This document shows positions 20,003-30,944 of a DNA stretch of 64,000 bases, one piece after another; the first letter of the stretch is position 1, and each line of letters begins with the position of its first letter. The stretch spans positions 1 to 64,000 of the forward strand of contig CAVSZB010000005.1 of assembly GCA_963732385.1 (NCBI GenBank), given 5' to 3'. This DNA is from an uncultured bacterium (GTDB lineage: Bacteria; Krumholzibacteriota; Krumholzibacteriia; LZORAL124-64-63). The notes under the pieces are model-generated. The model had not been told where the DNA came from, did no database searches, and saw only the letters and a list, made by a program, of their open reading frames with translations. A program made the position numbers and the translations under genes.

Positions 20003-21379
20003 ATGATCCACGCCCGGGGAGGTGCCGAGTTGACAGGGGAGTGCGCTTGCGCCACCGAAACCCCGGCGCCGGACGTCTCGATCATCGTGCTGACCCACAA
20101 CGCGCTCGCCGCCACGCGCCGCTGCGTGGCGGCCCTGCGCGCCCACACCGGTCCGTCGCATGAGCTGATCCTGGTCGACAACGGCAGCGCCGCCGACACC
20201 GTGGCGTTCCTGCGCGAAACCGCCGCCGCCCACCCCGCCTGCCGCCTGCTCCTCAACGCGGAGAATCTCGGCTTCGCCGCCGGCAACAACCTTGGCCTCG
20301 CCGCGGCGCGCGGACGCGACGTGGTGCTGGTCAACAGCGACGTGGTCGTCACGCCCGGCTGGTTCGAGCGGCTGCTCGCCTGCGCCGACGCCCATCCACG
20401 GGCCGGACTGGTCGGCCCGTGCACCAACCGCATCTCCGGTCCCCAGCAGGTGGCGAACGTCGAGTACGACCAGGACTCGCTCGCCGGCCTCGACGACTGG
20501 GCGGCGCGTTTCGCCGCCGGGCATGCCGGCCAGGCTTCGCCGCACTGGCGCGCCGTCGGCTTCTGCGTCCTGATCCGCCGCGCGCTGCTCGAGACCATCG
20601 GCGGCCTCGATCCCCGTTTCGGACGCGGCAACTTCGAAGACGACGACTATGCGCTGCGCGCGCGCCTCGGCGGCTTCGAGAGCTGGATCGCCGGCGACTG
20701 CTTCGTGCACCACGACGGCGGGCGCAGTTTCGCCGCGGCCGGCATCGATCTGGCCACCAGCCTGGCGACGAACTGGGAGATCTTCAAAGCGAAGTGGGGC
20801 CTGCCGGCGACGGCGCCATATGGCCAGCCGGTGAAGGTCGGACAGTATGTGCGGCGCCGGTTCGAGCCGGCGCGCGACCGGATCCCGCTGGCGGGCCTTG
20901 CCGACTCCGCGCCGGCGACTGCGGCCGCCCAGGTGGCGCGGGGCGAGGAGCTCTTTGCGGCGGGCCTCTTCGTCCCCGCGGCGTCCGCCTTCCGCGCGGC
21001 CCTCGCCAGCGACCCCACCCACGCACGGGCCGGCAACGACCTCGCCTGCGCACTGTGGCAACTCGGCCAGGGAGACGAGGCCCTGTCCGTGCTGTGCACG
21101 ATCCTCGCCCACGACGCTTCCGACCGGGACGCGGCGTGGAACCTCGGACAATTCCTGTCGGCGCTCGGCCGACACGACGACGCGGTGCGGCTCTACGCAG
21201 CGTTCCTTGCGCAGCACCCGGATGCTCCGGGCTTCGCCGAGGCGTTGCAGTCCTGGAGCGGGAAAGACGGGCCTGGGCCCGGGAAGGATGATCGAGATGC
21301 ACAGAAGCTGGTTGCGAATCAGCGGACTCACGGCGATGGCGTTGCTGCCGTTGCTGCTGACGGCGTCCTGTTCAAGTAG
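20003..21379 (+). CDS. Glycosyltransferase family 2 with C-terminal TPR
   Basis: SIIVLTHN, LVDNGS, NLGFAAGNN, LVNSDV, FEDDDY; TPR-like helices; start may be TTG 20030. Confidence 0.88.
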   Translation: MIHARGGAELTGECACATETPAPDVSIIVLTHNALAATRRCVAALRAHTGPSHELILVDNGSAADTVAFLRETAAAHPACRLLLNAENLGFAAGNNLGLAAARGRDVVLVNSDVVVTPGWFERLLACADAHPRAGLVGPCTNRISGPQQVANVEYDQDSLAGLDDWAARFAAGHAGQASPHWRAVGFCVLIRRALLETIGGLDPRFGRGNFEDDDYALRARLGGFESWIAGDCFVHHDGGRSFAAAGIDLATSLATNWEIFKAKWGLPATAPYGQPVKVGQYVRRRFEPARDRIPLAGLADSAPATAAAQVARGEELFAAGLFVPAASAFRAALASDPTHARAGNDLACALWQLGQGDEALSVLCTILAHDASDRDAAWNLGQFLSALGRHDDAVRLYAAFLAQHPDAPGFAEALQSWSGKDGPGPGKDDRDAQKLVANQRTHGDGVAAVAADGVLFK

Positions 21380-22964
21380 CGGCGACGGCAGCACCACGCC
21401 GGAGGGCGATACGACGGCGCCGCTCGTCATCGGCACCTCCCCTCACAACGGCGAGGAGGGGGTGGCCCTGGGCCACGTCATCCGCGTCGTGTTCTCCGAA
21501 GCGATGGACCCGGCGACGACGACCGGCAATGTCACCCTGACGCCCGGCGACAACGTCAACCTGACCTGGGTCGACGACGACACGCTCGAGATCAGCCACG
21601 ACAGCTGGCCGGAGGGCACCGAAATCACGCTGACCCTGGGCGCCGGCCTCGCCGACACGAGCGGCAACGTCCTGCCCGCCGTCTACACCTGCGGCTTCTG
21701 GACCTGGACCTCGCAGGTGCGACTGCTGAGCAGCGACCCCGATTCCGGCGCGGTCGGCCTGGAGACGAACGCCGGCGTGATCCTGCACTTCTCCCACGCG
21801 ATGAACGCGTCGAGCGTGCACGACGCCATCACGATCTCGCCGACGATCGACGATCGCTACACGCAGACGATCAGCGAGAACGAGTTCCGGGTCGGCTCCC
21901 CGTCGGGCTGGGCGCCCGGCACCGAGTACACGCTGACCATCGCGACGAGCGCCATAACCCTCTACACCCCCTATCAGTACCTCGCGGCTCCCGTGACCAT
22001 CACCTTCACCACCGGCACCACTGCCGACACGACCCCGCCGTACATCGTTTCGACCCTGCCGGCGCGCGGCACGTCGGGCGTGGCGACCGCGACGAACCAG
22101 GCGATCATCACCTTCAGCGAGCCGATCGACCCGAACCAGTTCGATCCGACGCGCCTCGGAGCGCACGTCTTCATCTGGATCGCCAACGAACCGCAGTGGA
22201 GCGTGGACCGGCGCTCCGTCTCCCTGTTCTTCCGCACCCCGCTGCCGACCGGCGTGCGGTTCTTCGCCGTTTTCAATCCCGGCGACTTCCGCGACGACGC
22301 CGGCAACCCGAACGTCACCGCCGATTCGCTCTCCTTCACGGTGGCCGACGCGATCGACTACCTGCCGGTCGTGCCGAATGCCTGGTACCAGTTCACGCGG
22401 AGGTGGGAGGACACCGACCTCGAGGGGCACGCGGCCGGGCGCGACACCGTCTGGGTGCGGCACGAGAACCTGCAGATCGACGGCCGCTTCGACCGGGTCC
22501 GCTCCTACGGCCCCGGCTTCACGGTGATCGACGACCGCATGCACTTCCAGCTCACCGATCCCGCCCTCGTGGTGCGCGGCTTCTACGACTTCAATGCGGC
22601 CGCCGAAATCTGGTTCACCCCCGCCGTCGACTACGTGGTGCTGCCGTTCCAGGCGCGCACCTGGAGCGGCACGTCCACCGCGGGCGACATGTCGATCGCC
22701 TTCGACGGGCGCATCGTGGGCCAGGAGGTACTGCAATTCGAAAACGTGGAGTCGGACCTCTCGCTCGTCGTGGAGAAGTGCTGGAAGACGATCCTCAACC
22801 ACTCCTTCGGCGATGGCGTCTCCACCGGCGCCGACACGCTCTGGTGGGCGCCCGGGCTGGGCATCATCCAGGCGTTCAGCTCCGGCACCGAGACCAGAGA
22901 TTCCGAGCTGCGTGTCTACTGGAGCCGCGACCGGCTGATCGCGCTCGACCCGTTCGGCGACTAG
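21288..22964 (+). CDS. Lipoprotein with three SbsA/Big_5 Ig-like domains
   Basis: Lipobox-like LTASC; repeated DTTxP...P...FSE(A/P)(M/I)DP units. Confidence 0.8.
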   Translation: MIEMHRSWLRISGLTAMALLPLLLTASCSSSGDGSTTPEGDTTAPLVIGTSPHNGEEGVALGHVIRVVFSEAMDPATTTGNVTLTPGDNVNLTWVDDDTLEISHDSWPEGTEITLTLGAGLADTSGNVLPAVYTCGFWTWTSQVRLLSSDPDSGAVGLETNAGVILHFSHAMNASSVHDAITISPTIDDRYTQTISENEFRVGSPSGWAPGTEYTLTIATSAITLYTPYQYLAAPVTITFTTGTTADTTPPYIVSTLPARGTSGVATATNQAIITFSEPIDPNQFDPTRLGAHVFIWIANEPQWSVDRRSVSLFFRTPLPTGVRFFAVFNPGDFRDDAGNPNVTADSLSFTVADAIDYLPVVPNAWYQFTRRWEDTDLEGHAAGRDTVWVRHENLQIDGRFDRVRSYGPGFTVIDDRMHFQLTDPALVVRGFYDFNAAAEIWFTPAVDYVVLPFQARTWSGTSTAGDMSIAFDGRIVGQEVLQFENVESDLSLVVEKCWKTILNHSFGDGVSTGADTLWWAPGLGIIQAFSSGTETRDSELRVYWSRDRLIALDPFGD

Positions 22965-22995
22965 AGCGCGCCACAAACCGCGGTCAAGAAGAAGC

Positions 22996-23021
22996 CGGAG
23001 GGCGCCGCAAGGCGCCCTCCG
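22996..23021. terminator. Hairpin between convergent genes
   Basis: CGGAGGGCGCC-GCAA-GGCGCCCTCCG; T-rich tail on minus strand. Confidence 0.65.
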
Positions 23022-23100
23022 TGCGTTCCGGCCGGCGCTGAGGGCAACGGACGACACCGACAGCGGGGAGCGCCCGCAGAGGGCGCCCGCGGCGGTCGGG

Positions 23101-23586
23101 TCAGGCCTGGCCGCTCTGCTTGCGCGCAGACGGCCCGGCCTCCGGCGGCGGGGCGGCGCCAAGCGCGCGATCGAGAAGCAGGCGATGGTGGCGGCGGTGG
23201 CGCAGCGGCGTGATCAGGTCGGCATGCTCGCGATCGGACAGGTCCTGCCAGTGGTGGCGCAGGAAGGCGACCAGCCCCGTGGTGGCCTCGTCATAGGTCG
23301 CCAGCACCTCGGCGAAAGGGCACCCCCGCAGGCGTTTGCGCTCCTGCCGGTCACGGGCCTCGAAATCGGCAAGCCCCGAGCCGGTCCGCCGGTTGTTGAG
23401 ACGATCCTCGAAAAAGCGCACGGTGAATCCGTCCCAGAAGGCGAGATGACCGAGAGTCTCCTTCGCGTTTGTCATCCTGGTCGATTCCGCGCACTCCCGT
23501 ACCTCCGGCGCCAGCCGGCCCACAAGCGCCCTCAGACACCGGTCCTCCTCGACAATGCTGGCGATCAGGGCCTCCAGACGGTCCAT
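23101..23586 (-). CDS. DinB-superfamily four-helix protein
   Basis: NAKETLGHLAFWD and HRRHH metal-ligand pattern; RBS GGAGG before ATG 23586. Confidence 0.6.
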   Translation of the reverse strand: MDRLEALIASIVEEDRCLRALVGRLAPEVRECAESTRMTNAKETLGHLAFWDGFTVRFFEDRLNNRRTGSGLADFEARDRQERKRLRGCPFAEVLATYDEATTGLVAFLRHHWQDLSDREHADLITPLRHRRHHRLLLDRALGAAPPPEAGPSARKQSGQA

Positions 23587-23666
23587 GGCGCACCCCCCTC
23601 CCTGGGTCAGCGTAACCATATAGTTCCGGGCCGGTCGTCGGCAATAGCAAACCGGCGGCCGAGGCG

Positions 23667-26363
23667 TCAGCCGTCCGGAACGACGGCGAGGACGCAGTGC
23701 ACCACGCGCCCGTCGGGGTCGATCTCCACCGCGAAACCGCGCCGCCGGAAGACCGCGATCATGCGCTCGTTGTCGGTGGTGGTCTCCGCCACGATCCGCT
23801 GCGGATGCCACTGCCGCGCGATTTCCAGACAGGCGTCGGTCAGCGCGCCGCCGAGTCCGCGGCTCTGCCAGGCGTCCTCCACCAGCACGGCATACTCGAC
23901 CGCCTCGTGATCGGGGTCGGCCACGAGCCGCCCCACGCCGACCAGGCGCCGCGTGCCCCCCTCGCTCGTTTCGGCGACCATCGCGATCTCGCGGTCGTAG
24001 TCGTTGAAGCAGTAGCGGGTGGCCACCGCATGCTCTGACCACTGGCAGAAATAGCGGAAGCGCGAGTAGATCGTCTCGCGCGAGCAGCTCTCGAGCATCG
24101 CCTTCCAGAGCGGCTCGTCCTCCGGCTTGATCGGACGCAGGAGCAGGCGCGTGCCGTCGGGCAAAATCGACTCGCGCGCCAGTTCTTCAGGGTACGGCCG
24201 CAGCACGAGGTGGGCGTAGGAGCGACCCGACCAGACGAGCGGGCCGCGATCGACGATCACCCGGGCATCGAGAGCGAGCGCCCCGTCGGGCCAGACGAGC
24301 AGCGGGTTGACGTCCAGTTCGCGGATGGCCGGGCAGTCGGCCACCAGGTACGACAGCCGCATCAGCATTTCGATCAGACGGTCGAGATCGACCGGCGGTC
24401 GCCCGCGCCAGCCGGTCAGCAGCGGCCAGGCCCGCAGCGACTCGAGCAGGCGGCGCGCGAGCCGCTCGTTCAGCGGCGGCAGCCCCAGCGCGCGGTCGCG
24501 CAGCACCTCGGCCGCCGTGCCGCCGAGGCCCGCCAGGATGACGGCGCCGAAGGTGGGATCGCGTTTGGCCCCCAGGATGAGCTCCACGGAGTCGCGCGCG
24601 CGCGCCATCGGCTGCACCGTGACGCCGAGCAGGCGGGCGTCGGGACGGCGCCGCGCCGCGGCCAGGGTCACGCGGGCGAACGCGTCCCGCACGGCGGCCT
24701 CGTCGACCAGGTCGAGCGCCACGCCACCCGCGTCGGTCTTGTGGGTGATGTCGGGCGAGAGCACCTTCAGCACGACCGGGAAGCCGATCCTCCGCGCGAT
24801 CGCCACCGCCTCGCCGGCCGTCGCCGCCGGCTCGGGCCGGGTCACCGGGATGCCGTAGGCCGCCAGCAGTTCCTTGGCGGACGCTTCGTCGAGGATGTCG
24901 CCGGCGTCGGGCGGCACCGCGGCCAGGCGCCGCCTCACCTCCTCGCGGTCCGGCGTGAACGCCACCGGAATGTCGCGCGGGGTCTCGAACAGCGCGTCCA
25001 GGTTGCGCGCGTAGCGCACCAGCGTCATGAAGGCCCGCACCGCCTGCTCGGGGGTGCCGTAGGCCGGCACGCCCGCCTCGACCAGCAGTGCGAGCCCCTC
25101 GCGCACGCTCGCCCCCCCGATCCAGGCGGCCAGCACCGGTTTGGCCGAGCGGCCCGCCAGCTCCGCCACCGCGCGCGCGGCGGCGGTCGGGTTGGTCATC
25201 GCCTGCGGCGTGAGGATCACCAGGACCGCGTCCACCCCGGGGTCGGTCAGAACGATTTCCGTGGCGCGCGCGAACCGCTTCGAGCGCGCGTCTCCCAGCA
25301 CGTCCACCGGATTGCCGCGCGACCACATCGGCGGCAGCGATTCGTCGAGCGCCGCCACCGTGGTCGGCGCGAGCTCGGCCAGCGTGCCGTTGCAGCCGAT
25401 CAGGGCGTCCACCGCCATCACGCCCGGTCCGCCGGCGTTGGTGACGATGCCCAGGCGCGGCCCCCCCGGCGCGCGGTGGCGGGCCACCAGCTCGGCCACG
25501 TCGAAGATCTCGCCGATCTCGAACACCCGCGCAATGCCGGCGCGGGCAAAGGCCGCGTCGTAGACCGCGTCCTCGGACGCCAGCGCCCCGGTGTGCGAAG
25601 CGGCCGCCCGCGCCGACTCGGCGAAGCGTCCCGCCTTGTAGGCCACGATCGGCTTCGTGCGGGCGAAGGCGCGGGTGGCGGTCATGAAGCGGCGTGCATC
25701 GCCGATCGACTCGATGTACATGATGATCGACTCGGTCAGCTCGTCCTCGCCGAAATAGTCCACGAGATCGCCGAACTCGACGTCGAGCATGTTGCCGACC
25801 GAAACGAAGTAGGAGAAGCCGACGTTGCGCGCCAGCGCCCAGTCAAGCACCGACGTGCAGAGCGCCCCCGACTGCGAGATGAACGCCACGCGCCCCGCCT
25901 TCGGCATGCCGGCGGCGAAGCTGGCGTTGAGCCGCTGGTGCGGCGCGATCACCCCCAGGCAGTTCGGACCGACGATGCGCATGCCGTCGAACCGGCGCTG
26001 CTCCACGCGAATACGCCGCTCGAGCTCCTGTCCCTCCGGCCCCGCCTCGCGGAAGCCGGCCGACACGATCACCACGCCCAGGATGCCGGCCTCGCCGCAG
26101 GCGCGCACCAGGTCCGGCACCTGCGCCGCCGGCGCGCAGATCACCGCCTGGTCGGGCGGATGCGGCAGGTCGCCCAGGCCCCGATAGCACGGAATGCCCA
26201 GCACCGCCTCGTAATCGGGATTCACCGGGTAGACCACCCCGGCGAAGCCGGCCCCGACCAGATTGCGCAGGACCGTGCCCCCCACGCTGTTGGGATTGGC
26301 GGTGACGCCGATCAGCGCGATCCGCCGCGGCTTGAAGATCCGGTCGAGATTGTGGACGTTCAT
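23667..26363 (-). CDS. pat: Acyl-CoA synthetase (NDP-forming)-GNAT fusion, Pat/YfiQ-type protein lysine acetyltransferase
   Basis: GPNCLG, ISQSGA, SHTGAL, NPVDVLGDA, ATP-grasp HKTDAGGV, C-terminal GNAT (WQSRGLG). Confidence 0.9.
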   Translation of the reverse strand: MNVHNLDRIFKPRRIALIGVTANPNSVGGTVLRNLVGAGFAGVVYPVNPDYEAVLGIPCYRGLGDLPHPPDQAVICAPAAQVPDLVRACGEAGILGVVIVSAGFREAGPEGQELERRIRVEQRRFDGMRIVGPNCLGVIAPHQRLNASFAAGMPKAGRVAFISQSGALCTSVLDWALARNVGFSYFVSVGNMLDVEFGDLVDYFGEDELTESIIMYIESIGDARRFMTATRAFARTKPIVAYKAGRFAESARAAASHTGALASEDAVYDAAFARAGIARVFEIGEIFDVAELVARHRAPGGPRLGIVTNAGGPGVMAVDALIGCNGTLAELAPTTVAALDESLPPMWSRGNPVDVLGDARSKRFARATEIVLTDPGVDAVLVILTPQAMTNPTAAARAVAELAGRSAKPVLAAWIGGASVREGLALLVEAGVPAYGTPEQAVRAFMTLVRYARNLDALFETPRDIPVAFTPDREEVRRRLAAVPPDAGDILDEASAKELLAAYGIPVTRPEPAATAGEAVAIARRIGFPVVLKVLSPDITHKTDAGGVALDLVDEAAVRDAFARVTLAAARRRPDARLLGVTVQPMARARDSVELILGAKRDPTFGAVILAGLGGTAAEVLRDRALGLPPLNERLARRLLESLRAWPLLTGWRGRPPVDLDRLIEMLMRLSYLVADCPAIRELDVNPLLVWPDGALALDARVIVDRGPLVWSGRSYAHLVLRPYPEELARESILPDGTRLLLRPIKPEDEPLWKAMLESCSRETIYSRFRYFCQWSEHAVATRYCFNDYDREIAMVAETSEGGTRRLVGVGRLVADPDHEAVEYAVLVEDAWQSRGLGGALTDACLEIARQWHPQRIVAETTTDNERMIAVFRRRGFAVEIDPDGRVVHCVLAVVPDG

Positions 26364-26561
26364 GGCGCCTCCCGGCTGCTGCGCCTCAATAATGCGCTGC
26401 GGCGGCTGATAGCGCGAGTTCCGGGGCTGGTACGGCGATTGCAAACCGGCCTTGTCAGCCCGCCGATCCCACCCTAGACTTCCCGCCAGACCGCGCCCGG
26501 CTCCGGCCCCCGGCCGTCCGCGCCCAGACCGCGGTGGATCCAGACCATTGAGGAGAATGCC

Positions 26562-28049
<1,488 letters not shown>

Positions 28050-28133
28050 CCGCGCGCGAGCACAGCGCGCGAGAGCGCGCTCAACATCGAAGCGCCCAAC
28101 CGCCCGCGATGCCAGCCCTCTGCCCCAAACAAC

Positions 28134-28168
28134 CGAGGGGGGAGCCATCAGGCTCCCCCCTCGCTTTT
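28134..28168 (+). terminator. Intrinsic terminator between ompA-like gene and tyrS
   Basis: CGAGGGGGGAGCC-ATCA-GGCTCCCCCCTCG then CTTTT. Confidence 0.8.
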
Positions 28169-28196
28169 CCCCCTCACACCACAACCGCCCCCCTCT

Positions 28197-29474
28197 TCAC
28201 CCCACCCGAATATGATGATGCCCCTTCTTCCCCACCTGCAGCGCCACGACCCCCTCCCGCACATCCGCCATCACCAACCGCCGCATCTCGTCCCCCACGC
28301 TCTCCCCATTCACCCGCACCCCCCCCTGCCGCACCATCCGCCGCGCCTCTCCCTTGCTCCCGCACAGTCCCGACGCCACGAGCGCATCGACTAGCGCCAA
28401 CCCATCCCCGCCAAATTCATCCGCCTCCCGCACGCTCGACGGAATCCCCGCCGCGTCGCCACCCCCGCCGAACAACGCCGCCGCCGCCCCTTCCGCCTTC
28501 GCAGCCTCCTCCGGTCCATGCACGAGCGTCGTCACGGCGCGCGCCAGCGCCCGCTTGGCCTCGCGGACGTCAGCCCCCTCGAGCCGCTCGAAAGCCTCGA
28601 TCTCGGCGTGGCCCAGCAGCGTGTAAAGCCGCAGGAACCGCGACACGTCGCGGTCGTCGACGTTGATCCAGTACTGGAAGAAATCGTAGGGACTGGTGCG
28701 ACGGGCGTCGAGCCAGACCGCCCCTTCGGCGGTCTTGCCCATCTTGGCGCCTCCGGCGGTGGTCAGCAGCGGGAAGGTGAGGCCGTAGACCTCCGCGTGC
28801 GCAACGGTGCGGGTCAGGTCGACGCCGGCGCAGATGTTGCCCCACTGATCGTTGCCGCCCATCTGCAGGCGACAGCCGTAACGACGGTTCAGCTCCAGGA
28901 AGTCATAGGCCTGCAGCAGCATGTAATTGAACTCGAGGAACGACAGCCCCTGCTCCTGCTCGAGACGCAGCTTCACGGAGTCCTGTTTGAGCATCTCGTT
29001 GATGCGGAAGTGGCGACCGATGTCGCGCAGGAAGTCCACGTAGCGCCACGGCTCGAGCCAGACGGCGTTGTCGAGCAGCAGGCCGTCGCGCGGTCCGTCG
29101 CCGAAGCGGAGGAAGCGCGCGAGCTGGGCGCGGATGCCGTCGAGGTTGGCGGCGATCTTCTCGCGCGTAAGCAGGTCGCGCATCTCGCACTTGCCGCTCG
29201 GATCGCCCACGAGCGCCGTCCCACCGCCGGCGATGGCGATCGGGCGGTGACCGTGGCGCTGCAGGTGGACGAGCCCCATGATCGGCAGCAGGCTGCCCAC
29301 GTGCAGCGAGTCGGCCGTGGGATCGAAGCCGATGTAGGCGGTCACCGTCTCGCGGGCCAGCAGCTCGCGCAGCGGCGCCTCGCCGGTGCACTGCTGCGCG
29401 AAGCCGCGCCAGCGCATTTCGTCGAAGAAGGCGTCGCGCGGCAGGGTGTCGATCGCGTTCGCGTGGTCGGTCAT
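28197..29474 (-). CDS. tyrS: Tyrosine--tRNA ligase
   Basis: YIGFDPTADSLHVG, QMGGNDQWGNI, KMGKT, C-terminal S4 domain. Confidence 0.97.
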   Translation of the reverse strand: MTDHANAIDTLPRDAFFDEMRWRGFAQQCTGEAPLRELLARETVTAYIGFDPTADSLHVGSLLPIMGLVHLQRHGHRPIAIAGGGTALVGDPSGKCEMRDLLTREKIAANLDGIRAQLARFLRFGDGPRDGLLLDNAVWLEPWRYVDFLRDIGRHFRINEMLKQDSVKLRLEQEQGLSFLEFNYMLLQAYDFLELNRRYGCRLQMGGNDQWGNICAGVDLTRTVAHAEVYGLTFPLLTTAGGAKMGKTAEGAVWLDARRTSPYDFFQYWINVDDRDVSRFLRLYTLLGHAEIEAFERLEGADVREAKRALARAVTTLVHGPEEAAKAEGAAAALFGGGGDAAGIPSSVREADEFGGDGLALVDALVASGLCGSKGEARRMVRQGGVRVNGESVGDEMRRLVMADVREGVVALQVGKKGHHHIRVG

Positions 29475-30631
29475 CTGGTCCGTCCCTTCGTCGGCTTGCG
29501 CGCCTGCTCGCGCCTCGATTCGCGGCAGCGCGTTCGCATCACGTCCAGGCGATCCCCGCCCAGCGCCTCCACGAGCGCGCAGGCCAGCCGCCACGCCACC
29601 ACCGCCTCCCCCACCACGCCGGCCGCCGGCACGACGCAGGTGTCGGAGCGGACCCACGGCGCGCGCGACGCCTTCCCGGTGGCCAGGTCGACACTCGCCA
29701 GACCGTCGCGCACGGTGGAGATCGGCTTGGCGTAACCACGCACGCGCAGCGGCTCGCCGTTGGTCACGCCCCCCTCGAGGCCGCCGGCCCGGTTGGTGTC
29801 CCGCCCGACGCCGCGCGCCCCCGCCCGGTCGGGCCGCAGCGCATCGTGCGCCTCGTGTCCGGTCCGCGCGGCGCCCGCCACGCCGTCGCCCACCTCGACC
29901 CCCTTCACGCCCGGAATGGCCATGACCTCGGCCGCCAGCAGCGCATCGAGCCGCCGGTCCGGATGGACGTAGGCGCCGAGACCGAGCGGCAGACCGAAGG
30001 CGACCACCTCGAACACGCCGCCCAGGGTGGTGCCGGTCGCCGCGGCGGCATCGATCGCCGCCACCATGCGCGCCGCCGCCGCCCGGTCGAGGCAGCGCAC
30101 CGGCGTCCCGGCGCGGATCCGCCGCAACCGCGCCGCGGTCACCGCGCCCGGCGCCGCCTCGACGCCGCCGAGCGCGACCACGTGGCTCAACACCGTCACC
30201 CCGAGCTCGGCCAGCAGCAGCTTCGCGCACGCCCCCACCGCGACGAGGCCGGCCGTCGAGCGGGCGCTCGCCCGCTCCGCCACCGGCCCGCACTCGTCGA
30301 AGCCGTACTTCACGAGCCCCGCGAAGTCGGCGTGTCCGGGCCGCGGCGACGTCCAGCGCGGCGCCGCTTTGCCGGCGCCCCGCGCGAAATCGCGGTTCTC
30401 GATCACGAAGGCGAGCGGCGAACCGAGCGTCACCCCGTTCCAGAAGCCGGCCAGGAAGCTGACGCGATCGGTCTCGATGCCGCGCGCCCGCGGCCCCCGC
30501 CCGTGCCCCTCCAGCCGCCGCGCCATCTCCGCGTCGATATCCGCCTGCGGAATCGCCAGGCCGGCCGGGAAACCCTCCACCACGCCGACCAGCGCCGGTC
30601 CGTGGCTCTCGCCCGCTAGCAGGTAGCGCAT
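29471..30631 (-). CDS. aroC: Chorismate synthase
   Basis: GESHG, PRPGHAD, ERASARST, TNRAGGLEGGVTNG, RSD. Confidence 0.96.
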   Translation of the reverse strand: MRYLLAGESHGPALVGVVEGFPAGLAIPQADIDAEMARRLEGHGRGPRARGIETDRVSFLAGFWNGVTLGSPLAFVIENRDFARGAGKAAPRWTSPRPGHADFAGLVKYGFDECGPVAERASARSTAGLVAVGACAKLLLAELGVTVLSHVVALGGVEAAPGAVTAARLRRIRAGTPVRCLDRAAAARMVAAIDAAAATGTTLGGVFEVVAFGLPLGLGAYVHPDRRLDALLAAEVMAIPGVKGVEVGDGVAGAARTGHEAHDALRPDRAGARGVGRDTNRAGGLEGGVTNGEPLRVRGYAKPISTVRDGLASVDLATGKASRAPWVRSDTCVVPAAGVVGEAVVAWRLACALVEALGGDRLDVMRTRCRESRREQARKPTKGRTR

Positions 30632-30796
30632 GCGTTTCGACTCCTGGTCGGGGGATGGGCGCGCGGCGGCGCCGACGCCGCCCGCTTGTCGCGTGCGAAC
30701 AATAAGGTCCGACCGGCGGCGCCGTCCAGCGCGCGACCGCCGCAGCGACCGTTTTCCGGCCCGCGGCAGGCGGGTGGGGAGGGCTTGCAGACTCCT

Positions 30797-30904
30797 TCCT
30801 TACAGAGACTGCTACGGTAGCAACGAGTTTGCGCCCCCGATCGTCGCCCGGGCCGGGGCGCCGACGCTGCGCACTCATTGCTACCGTAGCAGTCTCTGTA
30901 AGGA
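30797..30904. mobile_element. MITE-like element with 32-bp terminal inverted repeats
   Basis: TCCTTACAGAGACTGCTACGGTAGCAAcGAGT (30797-30828) matches the reverse complement of 30873-30904 with 1 mismatch. Confidence 0.6.
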
Positions 30905-30944
30905 TGGCCCCCCACCCGGGTCATTGCAGCACCCGGCCGTGCCC

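Noticed and set aside
30632..30944. T-box leader for aroC-tyrS
   Set aside because: No T-box consensus seen; the structure is explained by the long inverted repeat
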